From assembly GCA_965207375.1 (NCBI GenBank), contig OZ242274.1:1216001-1280000 (forward strand): DNA of 64,000 bases. The letters run 5' to 3'. Under the pieces are notes generated by a model. That model searched no databases and had not been told where the DNA came from. It saw only the letters and a list, made by a program, of their open reading frames with translations. This document shows, piece by piece, positions 19,526 to 30,074 of the stretch (position 1 is its first letter; every line of letters begins with the position of its first letter). A program made the translations under genes and the position numbers. The DNA is from Nitrosopumilaceae archaeon. Lineage in GTDB: Archaea; Thermoproteota; Nitrososphaeria; Nitrososphaerales; Nitrosopumilaceae.

Positions 19526-22500
19526 TTGTATCAGAAAAAGCAGAAAATGACCCTATACGAAGAGTTTGACTCAAAAAAGATAGAATCTCACATACGTAAT
19601 TATCTGCAAAATTTAGACATCAAAGGTCTAATCTTTGATTCAGACAAGCCTGGAAAAATGCGATTCATAGAGGGTCCGCCGACAATGAACGGAACCCCAC
19701 ATGCAGGACACCTGCGAGGCAGGGTAATCAAAGACCTATGGTATAGATATCATACTTTACAGGGAAACAAAATCGAATTTAATGCAGGATGGGACACTCA
19801 AGGATTGCCAATAGAACTACAGGCAGAAAAGGAGTTGGGCATAACGGGTGGAAAAACAGAAGTTATCAAAAAAATAGGCGTTGAAAGGCTTGTATCACAA
19901 TGCAAAAGTTTGGTTCAAAAATATAATCAGATATGGGTCAAAGTCGATGACCTACTTGGAATGTCGTTTAATTATAAAAAAGCATACTGGACCTACAAGG
20001 ACGAGTTTATTGAAAAAGAATGGCAGGTTTTAAAAAAGGCAAAGGAAAATAAAATACTACAACCAGATAATACCGTAATTGCATACTGCCCAAGCTGTCA
20101 GACATCCCTTAGTCATGCCGAGGTAAATCAAGGATACGCAGAGGTAAAAGACCCCTCACTATACTATAAGGTGAAACTTTGCGATGAGCAGGCATACTTG
20201 ATTGTCTGGACCACAATGCCATTTACACTAGTCACTGATGCCATGGTTGGATTAAATCCGGATGAAAATTACAATTACGTCAATGTTGAAAATGAAATCT
20301 GGATTGTAGGTAATACTCGAATGACTGAATTTTTTGCAGAAATTGGCATCACAGATTACACGGTACAAAAAACTGTTAAAGGCTCAGAATTTGAGGGCAA
20401 AAAATACATCCACCCGTTAGTTGATGAGATACCTGCACTTGCCCAGTGTGCAAAGGATGCAAACTATCATGTTGCCGTATCTGAGAAATTCGTTGATGCT
20501 AGTACCGGAAGTGGACTGGTGCATCTTTCACCTGCAAATGGTGAGGAAGACATTCGAATTGCAAACAAACGTAGAGTAAAAATCTTCAATCCTATAGATG
20601 ATGAGGTAAAGTTTACTGCAGATGCAGGAAAATACCAGGGTCTGTTTGTGCGTGATGCAGACAGTATTATAGCAGATGACCTCAAGCCAAAAAATGCCCT
20701 AGTCAAAATTGGAAAAATCAAACACAAGTATCCGCTGTGCTGGCGCTCCCATCACCGAATCGTGTGGCTTGCAAGAAAGGGCTGGTTTTACAAACTAGAC
20801 CGACTAGATCAAAAGGCAATAGAGGCTGCACAAAATGTAGAATACTTTTACGAGCAGCCAAAAAACCGATTTTTGGGAATCATCAAAGAAAAGCACCCGT
20901 GGTGTATATCTCGTGAAAGAATTTGGGGATGTCCTCTACCTGTTTGGATGTGTCAGGATTGTGCAGGCCAGACATGGTGTTTTTCAAGAAAAGAAATAAT
21001 AGAATCTGCACACAGTCTGCCAGATGGAAAAAACTTTGAACTCCACAAACCCTGGATTGACAATGTCGTTTTAAAATGCAAACAGTGCGGAGGCACAAAC
21101 ACAAAACGAGAACAATACGTCTTAGACACTTGGCACAACAGTGGCTCTGCACCATTTTCGTCACTATCTGATGATGCCTATAGACAGGAAATACCTGCAC
21201 CGTTTTTCACAGAAGGCATTGATCAGACGCGTGGATGGGCATATACTTTGCTAATTGAAAATGTAATTTTAAACAACGCACCCATCTCGCCATACAAGGC
21301 ATTTTTGTTCCAGGGACATGTCTTGGATGAAAAGGGAAACAAGATGAGTAAAAGTCAGGGCAATGTTTTAGACGGGGAGACTCTATTAACAAAATATCCT
21401 GTGGATTTGGTTCGATTCTATTTTATTTGGAAGTCAAGTCCGATTGAGCCGCTAAACTTTGATACTATAGAACTCATGTCTAGACCGTACCAGATTGTAA
21501 GTACTTTATATCATCTGCATCTGTACTATACACAAAATAGCCAATATGACAAATTCGATGTTACAACTAGTATAATCTGGGCCAAAGAAAACGACCTGCT
21601 AACATCAGCAGATATCTGGCTATTATCAAAATTGCAAAACCTAGTCAAAAATATGACCGATCTCAACGACAAATGTCGCCTACACGAATCAGCAAAATCT
21701 CTCGAGGATTTTGTTATAAATTCGCTTAGCCAGACCTATATCCCAATTACGCGCCGTGAGTTGTGGGATGAGGGCGAATCAAAAAAGGACAGGCGCTGTG
21801 CCATATATGCTGTTTTACACAATGTACTAAAAACACTAGACGTACTCATTCATCCAATGTGTCCGTATACGAGTGAATATTTGTACCTCAATACATTTGC
21901 AGATAACAAATCAATACTTTTGGAGAGCTGGCCCAAGCCGCAAGAGTCCCTAGTGTATCCTTTAATGGAGGAAAAATTTGACTTGATGAGGCAGTGCGTA
22001 TCGGTTTCAGCAGCCGCTCGAATGAAGGGCAAACTAAAACGAAGATGGCCCATACGTGAGGCAATAATTTGTTTGCCAAAGGGACAGGGCCAAAAACTAG
22101 AATCACTATCTGATTTTTTAATTTCACAGCTTAATGTGTCAAATTATACCATTTGTGAATTGGAAAATCACGATGGTATAGCTCAGGTACTAGAAATGAA
22201 GGAAAAATCTTTACCAATTGTGCCAATAGTTGATCTAAAAAGAAAACAAATTGGACCAAAAGCAAAACAGCACATGACACAGCTCCTCAAAAGATACCAG
22301 GAAACTGACCACCAGGAATTTATCACATCACTGCAAGAAAAAAAACAGTATACCTTTGAATTAGAACAAAACATAACGCTAGATGCAGATGACTTTGATG
22401 TCTCATTTGGGCCAGCAGATGGATATGCTATTTCACAGCGTGACAAAATTATCGTCATCATTCCGACTATACGAGACAGGCAGACTATTGCAGAAGGCCT

Positions 22501-22741
22501 CTTAAAAGATGTTGCAAGAAGGATTCAGACACTGAGAAAGGAAAAAGGATACAATCCTACAGATGTCTTAGATGCCGTATCTGTTTTGGACCTAGATGAA
22601 GAGTCAAAACAAATGCTACAAGAAAAGGTAAAGGATCTTGCGTTTTTGGTACGTGTAAAAAAGATAGACTTTGCCAGATCTTGTCAGGATTATACACAAT
22701 ACGACATTGATGGCAAAAAAATATCCATAGGCATAAAATAG
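19526..22741 (+). CDS. ileS: Isoleucine--tRNA ligase (ATG at 19547 is an alternative start)
   Basis: EGPPTMNG.PHAGH (HIGH), GWDTQGLP, WCISRER.WG, EGIDQTRGW, KMSKS. Confidence 0.97.
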   Translation: MYQKKQKMTLYEEFDSKKIESHIRNYLQNLDIKGLIFDSDKPGKMRFIEGPPTMNGTPHAGHLRGRVIKDLWYRYHTLQGNKIEFNAGWDTQGLPIELQAEKELGITGGKTEVIKKIGVERLVSQCKSLVQKYNQIWVKVDDLLGMSFNYKKAYWTYKDEFIEKEWQVLKKAKENKILQPDNTVIAYCPSCQTSLSHAEVNQGYAEVKDPSLYYKVKLCDEQAYLIVWTTMPFTLVTDAMVGLNPDENYNYVNVENEIWIVGNTRMTEFFAEIGITDYTVQKTVKGSEFEGKKYIHPLVDEIPALAQCAKDANYHVAVSEKFVDASTGSGLVHLSPANGEEDIRIANKRRVKIFNPIDDEVKFTADAGKYQGLFVRDADSIIADDLKPKNALVKIGKIKHKYPLCWRSHHRIVWLARKGWFYKLDRLDQKAIEAAQNVEYFYEQPKNRFLGIIKEKHPWCISRERIWGCPLPVWMCQDCAGQTWCFSRKEIIESAHSLPDGKNFELHKPWIDNVVLKCKQCGGTNTKREQYVLDTWHNSGSAPFSSLSDDAYRQEIPAPFFTEGIDQTRGWAYTLLIENVILNNAPISPYKAFLFQGHVLDEKGNKMSKSQGNVLDGETLLTKYPVDLVRFYFIWKSSPIEPLNFDTIELMSRPYQIVSTLYHLHLYYTQNSQYDKFDVTTSIIWAKENDLLTSADIWLLSKLQNLVKNMTDLNDKCRLHESAKSLEDFVINSLSQTYIPITRRELWDEGESKKDRRCAIYAVLHNVLKTLDVLIHPMCPYTSEYLYLNTFADNKSILLESWPKPQESLVYPLMEEKFDLMRQCVSVSAAARMKGKLKRRWPIREAIICLPKGQGQKLESLSDFLISQLNVSNYTICELENHDGIAQVLEMKEKSLPIVPIVDLKRKQIGPKAKQHMTQLLKRYQETDHQEFITSLQEKKQYTFELEQNITLDADDFDVSFGPADGYAISQRDKIIVIIPTIRDRQTIAEGLLKDVARRIQTLRKEKGYNPTDVLDAVSVLDLDEESKQMLQEKVKDLAFLVRVKKIDFARSCQDYTQYDIDGKKISIGIK

Positions 22742-22791
22742 GCTCAAAATGATAATGATGTTTTATTAAACGGTTTAGGGCTATACCATAC

Positions 22792-23376
22792 ATGTCAGAC
22801 TCTGAGAAAATCAATATAGTTGGCGTAAATATTCTCAAACAAAACGGCATAAATGTAGAGGAGCTAATTGAGGCCCTAGTTACAAATGCTGCAGTAGAAT
22901 TTACTGCATACTATTATTTTACAAATCTGAGAACTCATTGTACGGGAATGCAGGGCGAAGGCGTCAAGGGAATCATTGAGGATGCAAGGCTAGAGGACCT
23001 CAGCCACTTTGAATCTTGTATAGAGAGAATCCATCAATTGGGAGGCTCGCTTCCAACCGATGCAGTTGACTTTATCAAAATGTCAGGCTGTGAATTTTTG
23101 CAACTGCCTCCAAACCCCACTGATCTCAAGGCAATTTTGGAAAAATGCCTAAAGGCAGAACAGGGAGCAATTGTAAACTGGGATAAAATCTGCAAGATGA
23201 CCCATGGCAGGGATCCGGCAACATATGATATTGCAAAGGATATTCTAGCCGAGGAAATCGAACACGAATCATGGTTTTTGGAGCTGCTATACGGCAGACC
23301 TTCAGGACACATGAGAAGAAGATATTCTGGCGAAAGACCGCATACCAAAAAGCATTCGCGTGCACTTGACATGTAA
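22792..23376 (+). CDS. dps: Dps-like (DPSL) ferritin-like protein
   Basis: EFTAYYY, EDARLEDLSHFE, EEIEHESWF, GRPSGH motifs of archaeal DPSL. Confidence 0.92.
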   Translation: MSDSEKINIVGVNILKQNGINVEELIEALVTNAAVEFTAYYYFTNLRTHCTGMQGEGVKGIIEDARLEDLSHFESCIERIHQLGGSLPTDAVDFIKMSGCEFLQLPPNPTDLKAILEKCLKAEQGAIVNWDKICKMTHGRDPATYDIAKDILAEEIEHESWFLELLYGRPSGHMRRRYSGERPHTKKHSRALDM

Positions 23377-23477
23377 ATGGGAAAATATCCCATCAAAATT
23401 TTTTATTTAATTACACCGATTTGTTAGTAAGGGGCAAAAGTCTGAAGTTAAATAGAAAATACGGACAATAATATATC

Positions 23478-23807
23478 ATGGTAAAGCAGATTAGTTTGGA
23501 TGCGTGGCAGATTAATCATCTTGCAGGCCTGCTTAGAAAGGGATCAAAAATAGTCAAACAAACAAACAAGCCTATTGTGCTGTATAGGCAGACTCTAGAG
23601 GAGGAGGAGCAAAGCTATGAAGAAATCATCTGCTCGCTTGCCGGAGATTATGTTGTAGAGCAGCTAGTAACATATGGTGGAATGATCGTGCCTACCTTTC
23701 AGCAGCAACACGTCTATCTGATTGATGACTATCCTCAAATAATACTTGAAAAAAGCAAAGAGCGGTTTTTAGAAATAATAGACCTGCTTGAAACTCAAAT
23801 CCAATAA
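23478..23807 (+). CDS. Hypothetical protein
   Basis: 109-aa ORF immediately upstream of sucC. Confidence 0.75.
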   Translation: MVKQISLDAWQINHLAGLLRKGSKIVKQTNKPIVLYRQTLEEEEQSYEEIICSLAGDYVVEQLVTYGGMIVPTFQQQHVYLIDDYPQIILEKSKERFLEIIDLLETQIQ

Positions 23808-23854
23808 TTACATCCTACAGTTAATAAAGAACATTGTGGGCACGTTTTTTGCAC

Positions 23855-24958
23855 ATGCGTTTATTAGAGTATCAGGCAAAGGAGCTATTTGACGAATTTA
23901 ACATTCCGATACCTCCTAGCAGGGCATCAAAGGATGTAGATAAGGGCAGACAGGATGCACAGGAGCTAGGCTTTCCGTTTGTGATAAAAATTCAGGTTCC
24001 TGTAGGAGGACGAGGCAAGGCAGGAGGAATTGTAAAGTGTCACAATACAGACGAATTTGATATCAGGTATAAGCAGGTTTTAGACCTAGAGATTAAGGGT
24101 GAAAAGGCGCGTGCTATTTTGTTAGAAAAGATGGTAGATATCAAAAAGGAGCTGTACCTTTCGTTGTTTTTGAATCGTAGCAAGAGGTGTTATACTATTA
24201 TTGCCTCCTCTGATGGAGGCGTAGAAATTGAATCTGTAAAAAATCAAATCATAAAAGAGGTGGGTCTAGGTGATGTCGATGAGGCAACTGCGCAAGAGAT
24301 AGCAGCCCAGATGGGACTAGAGAAAAAGGCAGCCGATGATTTTGTAGATATTTTACAAAAGCTATCTCAAATTACAACACAAAAGGAGGCAGAGCTTGCA
24401 GAGATTAATCCGTTGGCAATTACTCAGGACGGCTCGCTTTTGGCTTTGGATGGCAAGATAATAACTGATGATAATGCAAACTTTAGACACGATGAACTGC
24501 AAAAATATCAGGAAAAAACACAAATCGAGGAGCGTGCAGAAAAGGCAGGATTTAGTCTAGTTGAACTAGACGGAAATATTGCAGTAGTTGGAAACGGTGC
24601 AGGACTAGTAATGTCTACACTTGATATGTTATCAGATAACGGTGGCAAGCCTGCATGCTTTCTTGATGTGGGGGGAGGTGCAACCACTGAATCAGTTTAT
24701 GAAGCACTGACCCTTATTAGCAAAATGGATAGAGTAAAGGCAATTTTGGTCAATCTGTATGGTGGGATTGTTAAAACAACGACGGTGGCATCTGCATTTA
24801 TTCAGGCTTATCAAACCGGATTAATTGACTTGCCCGTATATGCAAGATTAAAGGGAACAGAATCAGAAAAGGCACGACAAATGCTACAAGACTCTAAGAC
24901 TAAAATGTATGATTCTGTAGAGGATGCAATAAACTCTGCAGTAATGGGGGTAAACTAG
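23855..24958 (+). CDS. sucC: Succinyl-CoA synthetase beta subunit
   Basis: MRLLEYQAKE, GGRGKAGG, EINPL, GNGAGL, FLDVGGG. Confidence 0.96.
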   Translation: MRLLEYQAKELFDEFNIPIPPSRASKDVDKGRQDAQELGFPFVIKIQVPVGGRGKAGGIVKCHNTDEFDIRYKQVLDLEIKGEKARAILLEKMVDIKKELYLSLFLNRSKRCYTIIASSDGGVEIESVKNQIIKEVGLGDVDEATAQEIAAQMGLEKKAADDFVDILQKLSQITTQKEAELAEINPLAITQDGSLLALDGKIITDDNANFRHDELQKYQEKTQIEERAEKAGFSLVELDGNIAVVGNGAGLVMSTLDMLSDNGGKPACFLDVGGGATTESVYEALTLISKMDRVKAILVNLYGGIVKTTTVASAFIQAYQTGLIDLPVYARLKGTESEKARQMLQDSKTKMYDSVEDAINSAVMGVN

Positions 24959-25864
24959 TTGGCAAATGTCTTTGAGCTGTTGCGGGGCAATGTCACAGAT
25001 GCAGATTATGGAAAAAAACCGGTAATTGTTCAGGGAATTACAGGGGCATATGGCTCTATACATACAAGAAACATGATATCATATGGAACAAACGTGGCAG
25101 CAGGTGTGACTCCTGGCAAGGGAGGACAGCAATTTGAAGGTGTGCCTATACATGATACGATACAAGATGCAGTAGATGCAACAGGTGCAAAGATTTCAAT
25201 TATTTTTGTTCCTGCAAAATTCTTTCTTGATGCTGCAACTGATGCGTTGCAGGCAGGCATAAAACTACTAGTTGCAATACCTGAACATGTTCCAATTCTA
25301 GATACGATGCGCGTTTTGGATTTGGCAGGCAAAAATGACGCAATTGTAATTGGTCCAAATACGCCTGGAATCATGATTCCTGAAATAATCAAGATAGGAA
25401 TTATGCCGCCTATGCCGTTTAAGGCAGGAAAAATTGCGGTTCTTTCAAAAAGTGGAACTCTGCTTTATGAAATTTCAGATGCGCTAACTAGTGCAGGATT
25501 CGGACAGGCAATTACAATAGGTATAGGTGGAGATCCGGTCAATGGGACAAGGCTTGTTGATGCCTTTGATATGGTAAAAGACTCAGATATAGATGGACTT
25601 GTTGTGGTAGGTGAGATTGGAGGAGACTCTGAGGAGATTTTAGCTCAGAGAATTATTGATTCTGGATTTGACAAGCCTACTGTGGCATACATTGCAGGAC
25701 GTGCAGCACCCAAAGAAAAGAGAATGGGACATGCAGGTGCGATTATAATGGGAACATATGGTTCAGCAGAATCCAAAATTTCAATGTTTAACAAGGCAAA
25801 TATTCCTGTAGCCAAAAGGCCTGCAGAAGTACCTGTACTTTTGGCAGGAAAGATGAAGGAATAA
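24959..25864 (+). CDS. sucD: Succinyl-CoA synthetase alpha subunit
   Basis: VQGITG, GVTPGKGG, IGPNTPG, SKSGTL, RMGHAGA. Confidence 0.96.
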   Translation: MANVFELLRGNVTDADYGKKPVIVQGITGAYGSIHTRNMISYGTNVAAGVTPGKGGQQFEGVPIHDTIQDAVDATGAKISIIFVPAKFFLDAATDALQAGIKLLVAIPEHVPILDTMRVLDLAGKNDAIVIGPNTPGIMIPEIIKIGIMPPMPFKAGKIAVLSKSGTLLYEISDALTSAGFGQAITIGIGGDPVNGTRLVDAFDMVKDSDIDGLVVVGEIGGDSEEILAQRIIDSGFDKPTVAYIAGRAAPKEKRMGHAGAIIMGTYGSAESKISMFNKANIPVAKRPAEVPVLLAGKMKE

Positions 25865-25888
25865 AAGAGAGTGGCTTTGAGGTAGACC

Positions 25889-26056
25889 ATGCCCATTACA
25901 GATCCTGAAAAAAAACGAATTGCACAGCAGGCAAGACTGCACATGAGAATCTGCTTTAACTGTGGGGCAAGAAACGATATCAATGCGACAAGATGTCGCA
26001 AGTGCAAAAATCCGTATCTTCGACTTAAAAACAAGACACTTGGCGCAAAGAAATAG
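25889..26056 (+). CDS. rpl40e: 50S ribosomal protein L40e (not in ORF track)
   Basis: MPITDPEKKRIAQQARLHMRICFNCGARNDINATRCRKCKNPYLRLKNKTLGAKK. Confidence 0.95.
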   Translation: MPITDPEKKRIAQQARLHMRICFNCGARNDINATRCRKCKNPYLRLKNKTLGAKK

Positions 26057-26095
26057 ACCTAAAGACAAAAAAACTCTTAATGTTTGTCTATTATT

Positions 26096-26190
26096 GGACC
26101 GGTCGTCTAGCTTGGTTTGGATGACGCACTCACACTGCGTAAGGAATTAATTTCCCGCAAAGGTCGTGGGTTCAAATCCCATCCGGTCCA
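26096..26190 (+). tRNA. tRNA-Val(CAC) with a 20-nt intron at non-canonical position 44/45 (26142-26161)
   Basis: GGACCGG/CCGGTCC-A acceptor; ACGCA-CT-CAC-AC-TGCGT anticodon arm; BHB-type motif tgcg[taa]ggaa-ttaat-ttcc-cgca[aag]. Splicing restores the AGGTC variable loop. Confidence 0.93.
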
Positions 26191-26457
26191 TTTTAATTGT
26201 AGAGTATTGATGTTGCGTCTTGATTTTGTCTGTACTGATTTTTGATTGATTGTAATTTACATGTCAAAATCATCGGTTAGGGGTTTTCTGTTCAAAATTT
26301 AGCTGTGATAATTTCTGTATTTGCCTTGTTTAATTCTGATATGATTTTCAAAAATTTTTACGGGTTTTGCATCTTTAGAAAATCGACATGCTACAAATTA
26401 TTGTCAAAGAGGTTTATGTGCAAACCCTGCTTTTGTGTTGTCTTTCTGTCTCTTGAG

Positions 26458-28217
26458 GTAACAGTTCGGTCTCTGGAAGTTACCTGACAGAAACGGTTAA
26501 AGATCATAAAATCCTATATTGTGTAGTTGATTGCCAAATCTGAACTGCCAAACATAGATTGGAACAACCCAGATGTGGTAAAATTATTTGAATACGTCAC
26601 AGGACGGTTTGAACGTGTAGAACGTGACAACAAGCAGCTAAACAAAGTAAATCATCAGCTTGAGATGAAATACCGTATATCGCAGAGTGAAAACGAGCAG
26701 CTCAGAGCACAGATAGCCAAATTGATGGGCAGTCAAGACTCAAAGACTGTTGCAAATGCCCCTCTCAAAGATGCGACAAATACAGACTCGACACCTGTAG
26801 AGGAGTGAAACACACTACCCAAAAAAGGATTCATCTCAAAAGGCGCGAAGCTACAACAAGCGCACATTTACAGGATATCCACATATAGAATCTCCCAAAA
26901 AGCCGATTCCTTCAAGTGTCACACCGCAAGAATATCAGAGTACTGTAGATCAAGAATTCTGTCATGTGTGCGGCAGTAGGGTCTCAGAATGGTGTGAAAC
27001 ACACCAAAGAACCATTCGCGATATTGTAGGTGGTAAATGGAGTCACACCACATACGGTATAACAAGACGCTACTGTAAAAAATGCCGCAAAAAGCAGGCA
27101 CCTCCAATCAAGGGAGCACTGCCAAGCGAATTGTATGGAACCAACATCATCTCAATGTTTGTCTTTCTCAGATGTCTTGGAATTTCCTTTGAGCACATGC
27201 AGGAAATTATACATACGTTACATGGAGTATACGTTCAAAGGTCAGTTATCGTGCAATTGTGTCACAAGGCAGCAATGATGCTTAATCCGGTACGTGAAAA
27301 TATTCTAGAGGATATCAAGAACAGTCCACAAATAGGCGGCGATGAGACAGGATGGTTCCTAAACGGAGTAAATCATTGGGTATGGATAGTGGTGACAAAA
27401 ACATCTGCATACTATCACATTTCCCAGTCACGCTCAAAGATGGTAATTGAAGCCATAATGGGCCAGTTTGAGGGAATCACGCTGTCTGACTCGTATCCCG
27501 GATGGAATGATATAGGTCTTTTACATCAGAGATGCCTATTGCATTATTTTCGCGACATGTATCGTACACTACAAAATAATGCAAGTGCAGAATACTGTAT
27601 ATTGTTTAACAAGTTGTACGATATTTTACATGATGCCATAGATACTGCTACCTGTAGCCCTGAGGAGGTAAAGTGCTTCCTGTACAGGATAGATGAAATA
27701 ATAGGTAATTCATGGCAGGATTCAGACTGTACACGGTATGTAAAGCGACTCAAAAGGGAAAGGGAACAGTTGTTTACGTTTCTTACAAACCCTGTAGACT
27801 ATCACAACAATGCAAGCGAGCGTGGAATAAGATGCATATCAAGGATGCGCAAGATTCTGTACGGTAGTCGTTCTGAATCCGGTATTGAGACTACTGAGAC
27901 TCTCATGACCGTATACTCTACGTGCAAGCTGCGAGATGTCAACTTTTACAAGTTTGTCAAACAGTATCTAGACGGTGACGTGCAAAAGATTCCAATGCCT
28001 GAGACTGTACCTGAGACTGTACCTGAGATTGCAGCAGCATAATTGTATCAATTACTAGGCAGAAAAGAGATTTCTGGTGACATGATACAGTCAAGCCTTG
28101 GATTATTGCAATGATTCTATGAAATAATGTAAAGATATGGTAGCGTCATCTCACATATTTTGAACAATGATGATTTTTGTACGCCTAGATTATCGCTTCC
28201 ACAGACCGATCAGTTAC
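26458..28217 (+). mobile_element. IS66-family element with frameshifted transposase
   Basis: Terminal IRs gtaacagttcggtctctggaag / cttccacagaccgatcagttac. Coiled-coil N-part 26527-26808 and a second frame open from 26801 to 28042 with CHVCG, GGDETGW, SDSY, HQRCLLH, NNASERGIR motifs. No target-site duplication seen. Confidence 0.9.
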
Positions 28218-28422
28218 CGATATTTGGATCTTTTTGGTATTGCTAGGTGTGAAAATTAGGGAAATTGGCTAATTACGAATCAACTCTATGGTAGGATCAA
28301 AGAGCTTTGGCATATCTTTGTATACCTTTTATCAAAATTATTTCAACCTTGATTTGGGAGACCTGAGTATGTACGTCCGTATTTATCAAATCCTTAATAG
28401 CAAATCTCAAAGCTATGGTGCA

Positions 28423-29925
28423 ATGGTACAAAAAACAAAACTGCTCATATTACCACTTGTTCTGACGCTGATATCAGTACCGTTAGCATTTGGACAAGAT
28501 ACATCAGATACCATGCAAGGTCTTGATGATGTAGAGTCTTATGTGATATCGCCACTAAAGCAATACAATGCAGGTGTACTAGCAGAACAAATTATCTGTG
28601 AAAATAACAAAACATTGATGCAGCGACCAAATTCAGAACCTGCATGTGTCTATGAGACATCTGTAGAAAAGCTAGAGATACGCGGATGGGTTGTACTGTA
28701 CACACAGGACACTGTTTCATTATCTCCGGAACGTGATACCTCGTATACAGTATCAGAATCATCGGATGTTACTTTTAGTGCACCGTGTCTTTTCTGTTCC
28801 ACCCTAGATCTGTCCAGTTTCCCAAAGATTGGTGAGATAGCTACTGCTACACTTCATGTACCTAGCAGTACGCATATCAGTATTCCAGAAGATTGGGGTA
28901 TGAATGTGTATTTTTATTCTACTGATCCTGATGCCGTAGAATTTCTAGATGTGGAACCGACAACAGTCATATCCAAAAACGATGGTTCTGTACAGGATAT
29001 CTATAGAATGCCATTTGTAACAGAAAGCAACAAACCTACAACATTCTCAATCCAGTTCAAGATTATAAAAACTGGTCAGTTTTCCATACACGGTGGAATT
29101 ACAGATAATGAATCAAATTTTGTTACTCTTTTGGTAACAGAAGATGGCACTGAGGAATTTGTTCCACAATATGCTCCTCCACCTGTTCTAACCGAACTGT
29201 ACGCCAAAGAAATCAAGGAATTGCGTGTCATAATTGACAAGAGAGGCGGCGTTGGACCTGAGATGATAAACGTTAGAGACAGTGAAATTCTGATGGATAT
29301 AATACGATTTGAGGGACTGTTAACTGAACAGGAAGCTGAAAAATATTTGTCATTTGTATTACTAAATACAGAGAGACTATACGGGGAAGAATCCCTTACA
29401 TGGCGTCAAGTAGAACAGATTCTCTTAACTGATGAATATCTTGCAGAATACATAGATCATAAAACACGTCAGGATAACCGACCACTACAGGTTCCTACAG
29501 TATACTATTCTGATTGGGGTGCAGACGGATGGAATGACGGCTATGACAGTACACTTGAGGACATTAGAAGATATCTAGCACAGGGCAACTATATGACGCA
29601 ATCCCAGATAGACCAATACATCAAGGATTATATCGCAGACGATTTCCTTGATGTCCAAAATTTTTCTTTTTCATTTTTGCCCAAGGCATATGCTGCAACT
29701 ACCATACATCTAAAGGGATGGATATTAGCAGATCCCTCATTTAGTGACAAGACCGATGACCGTATCAGTGGCATTGAAGTATGTGGGCAAAAAAAGATCC
29801 CAAATGGTTACATGACACTAAAAACCACGCGTAATATCCTTGCGTGTGATATTACTGATGAAAATGGTAAATTTGGTAAGTGTTTACGTCGTGAACACAT
29901 GATAACCACCCCTGCGCTGTACTAG
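28423..29925 (+). pseudogene. Large secreted/surface protein, 3'-truncated at the repeat + IS110 insertion
   Basis: Signal peptide MVQKTKLLILPLVLTLISVPLAFG; SPLKQ...C...PACV module. The frame runs into the repeat/IS left end after DITDENGKFG. Confidence 0.75.
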
Positions 29926-29929
29926 TGAT

Positions 29930-30040
29930 GAATCGACCCCTGATTAGGTATGGGCTACGCGCCCTTGGTCGTGAATGGGGCAATCCGAGCTGCTGTGTAA
30001 TTGGGCTACGCGCCCTGATAGATGTGTGCAGCTTCCGATC
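29930..30040 (+). ncRNA. Candidate bridge/seek RNA of the IS110 element
   Basis: Two stem-internal loop-hairpin units sharing tgggctacgcgccct. The loop strands match the target junction (gtcgtg, ttaggta) and the donor junction (atagatg, tgtgt). RNA boundaries are approximate. Confidence 0.78.
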
Positions 30041-30074
30041 CGTCAAAACATCCGTAAGGAGGTGAAAAGAAAGG

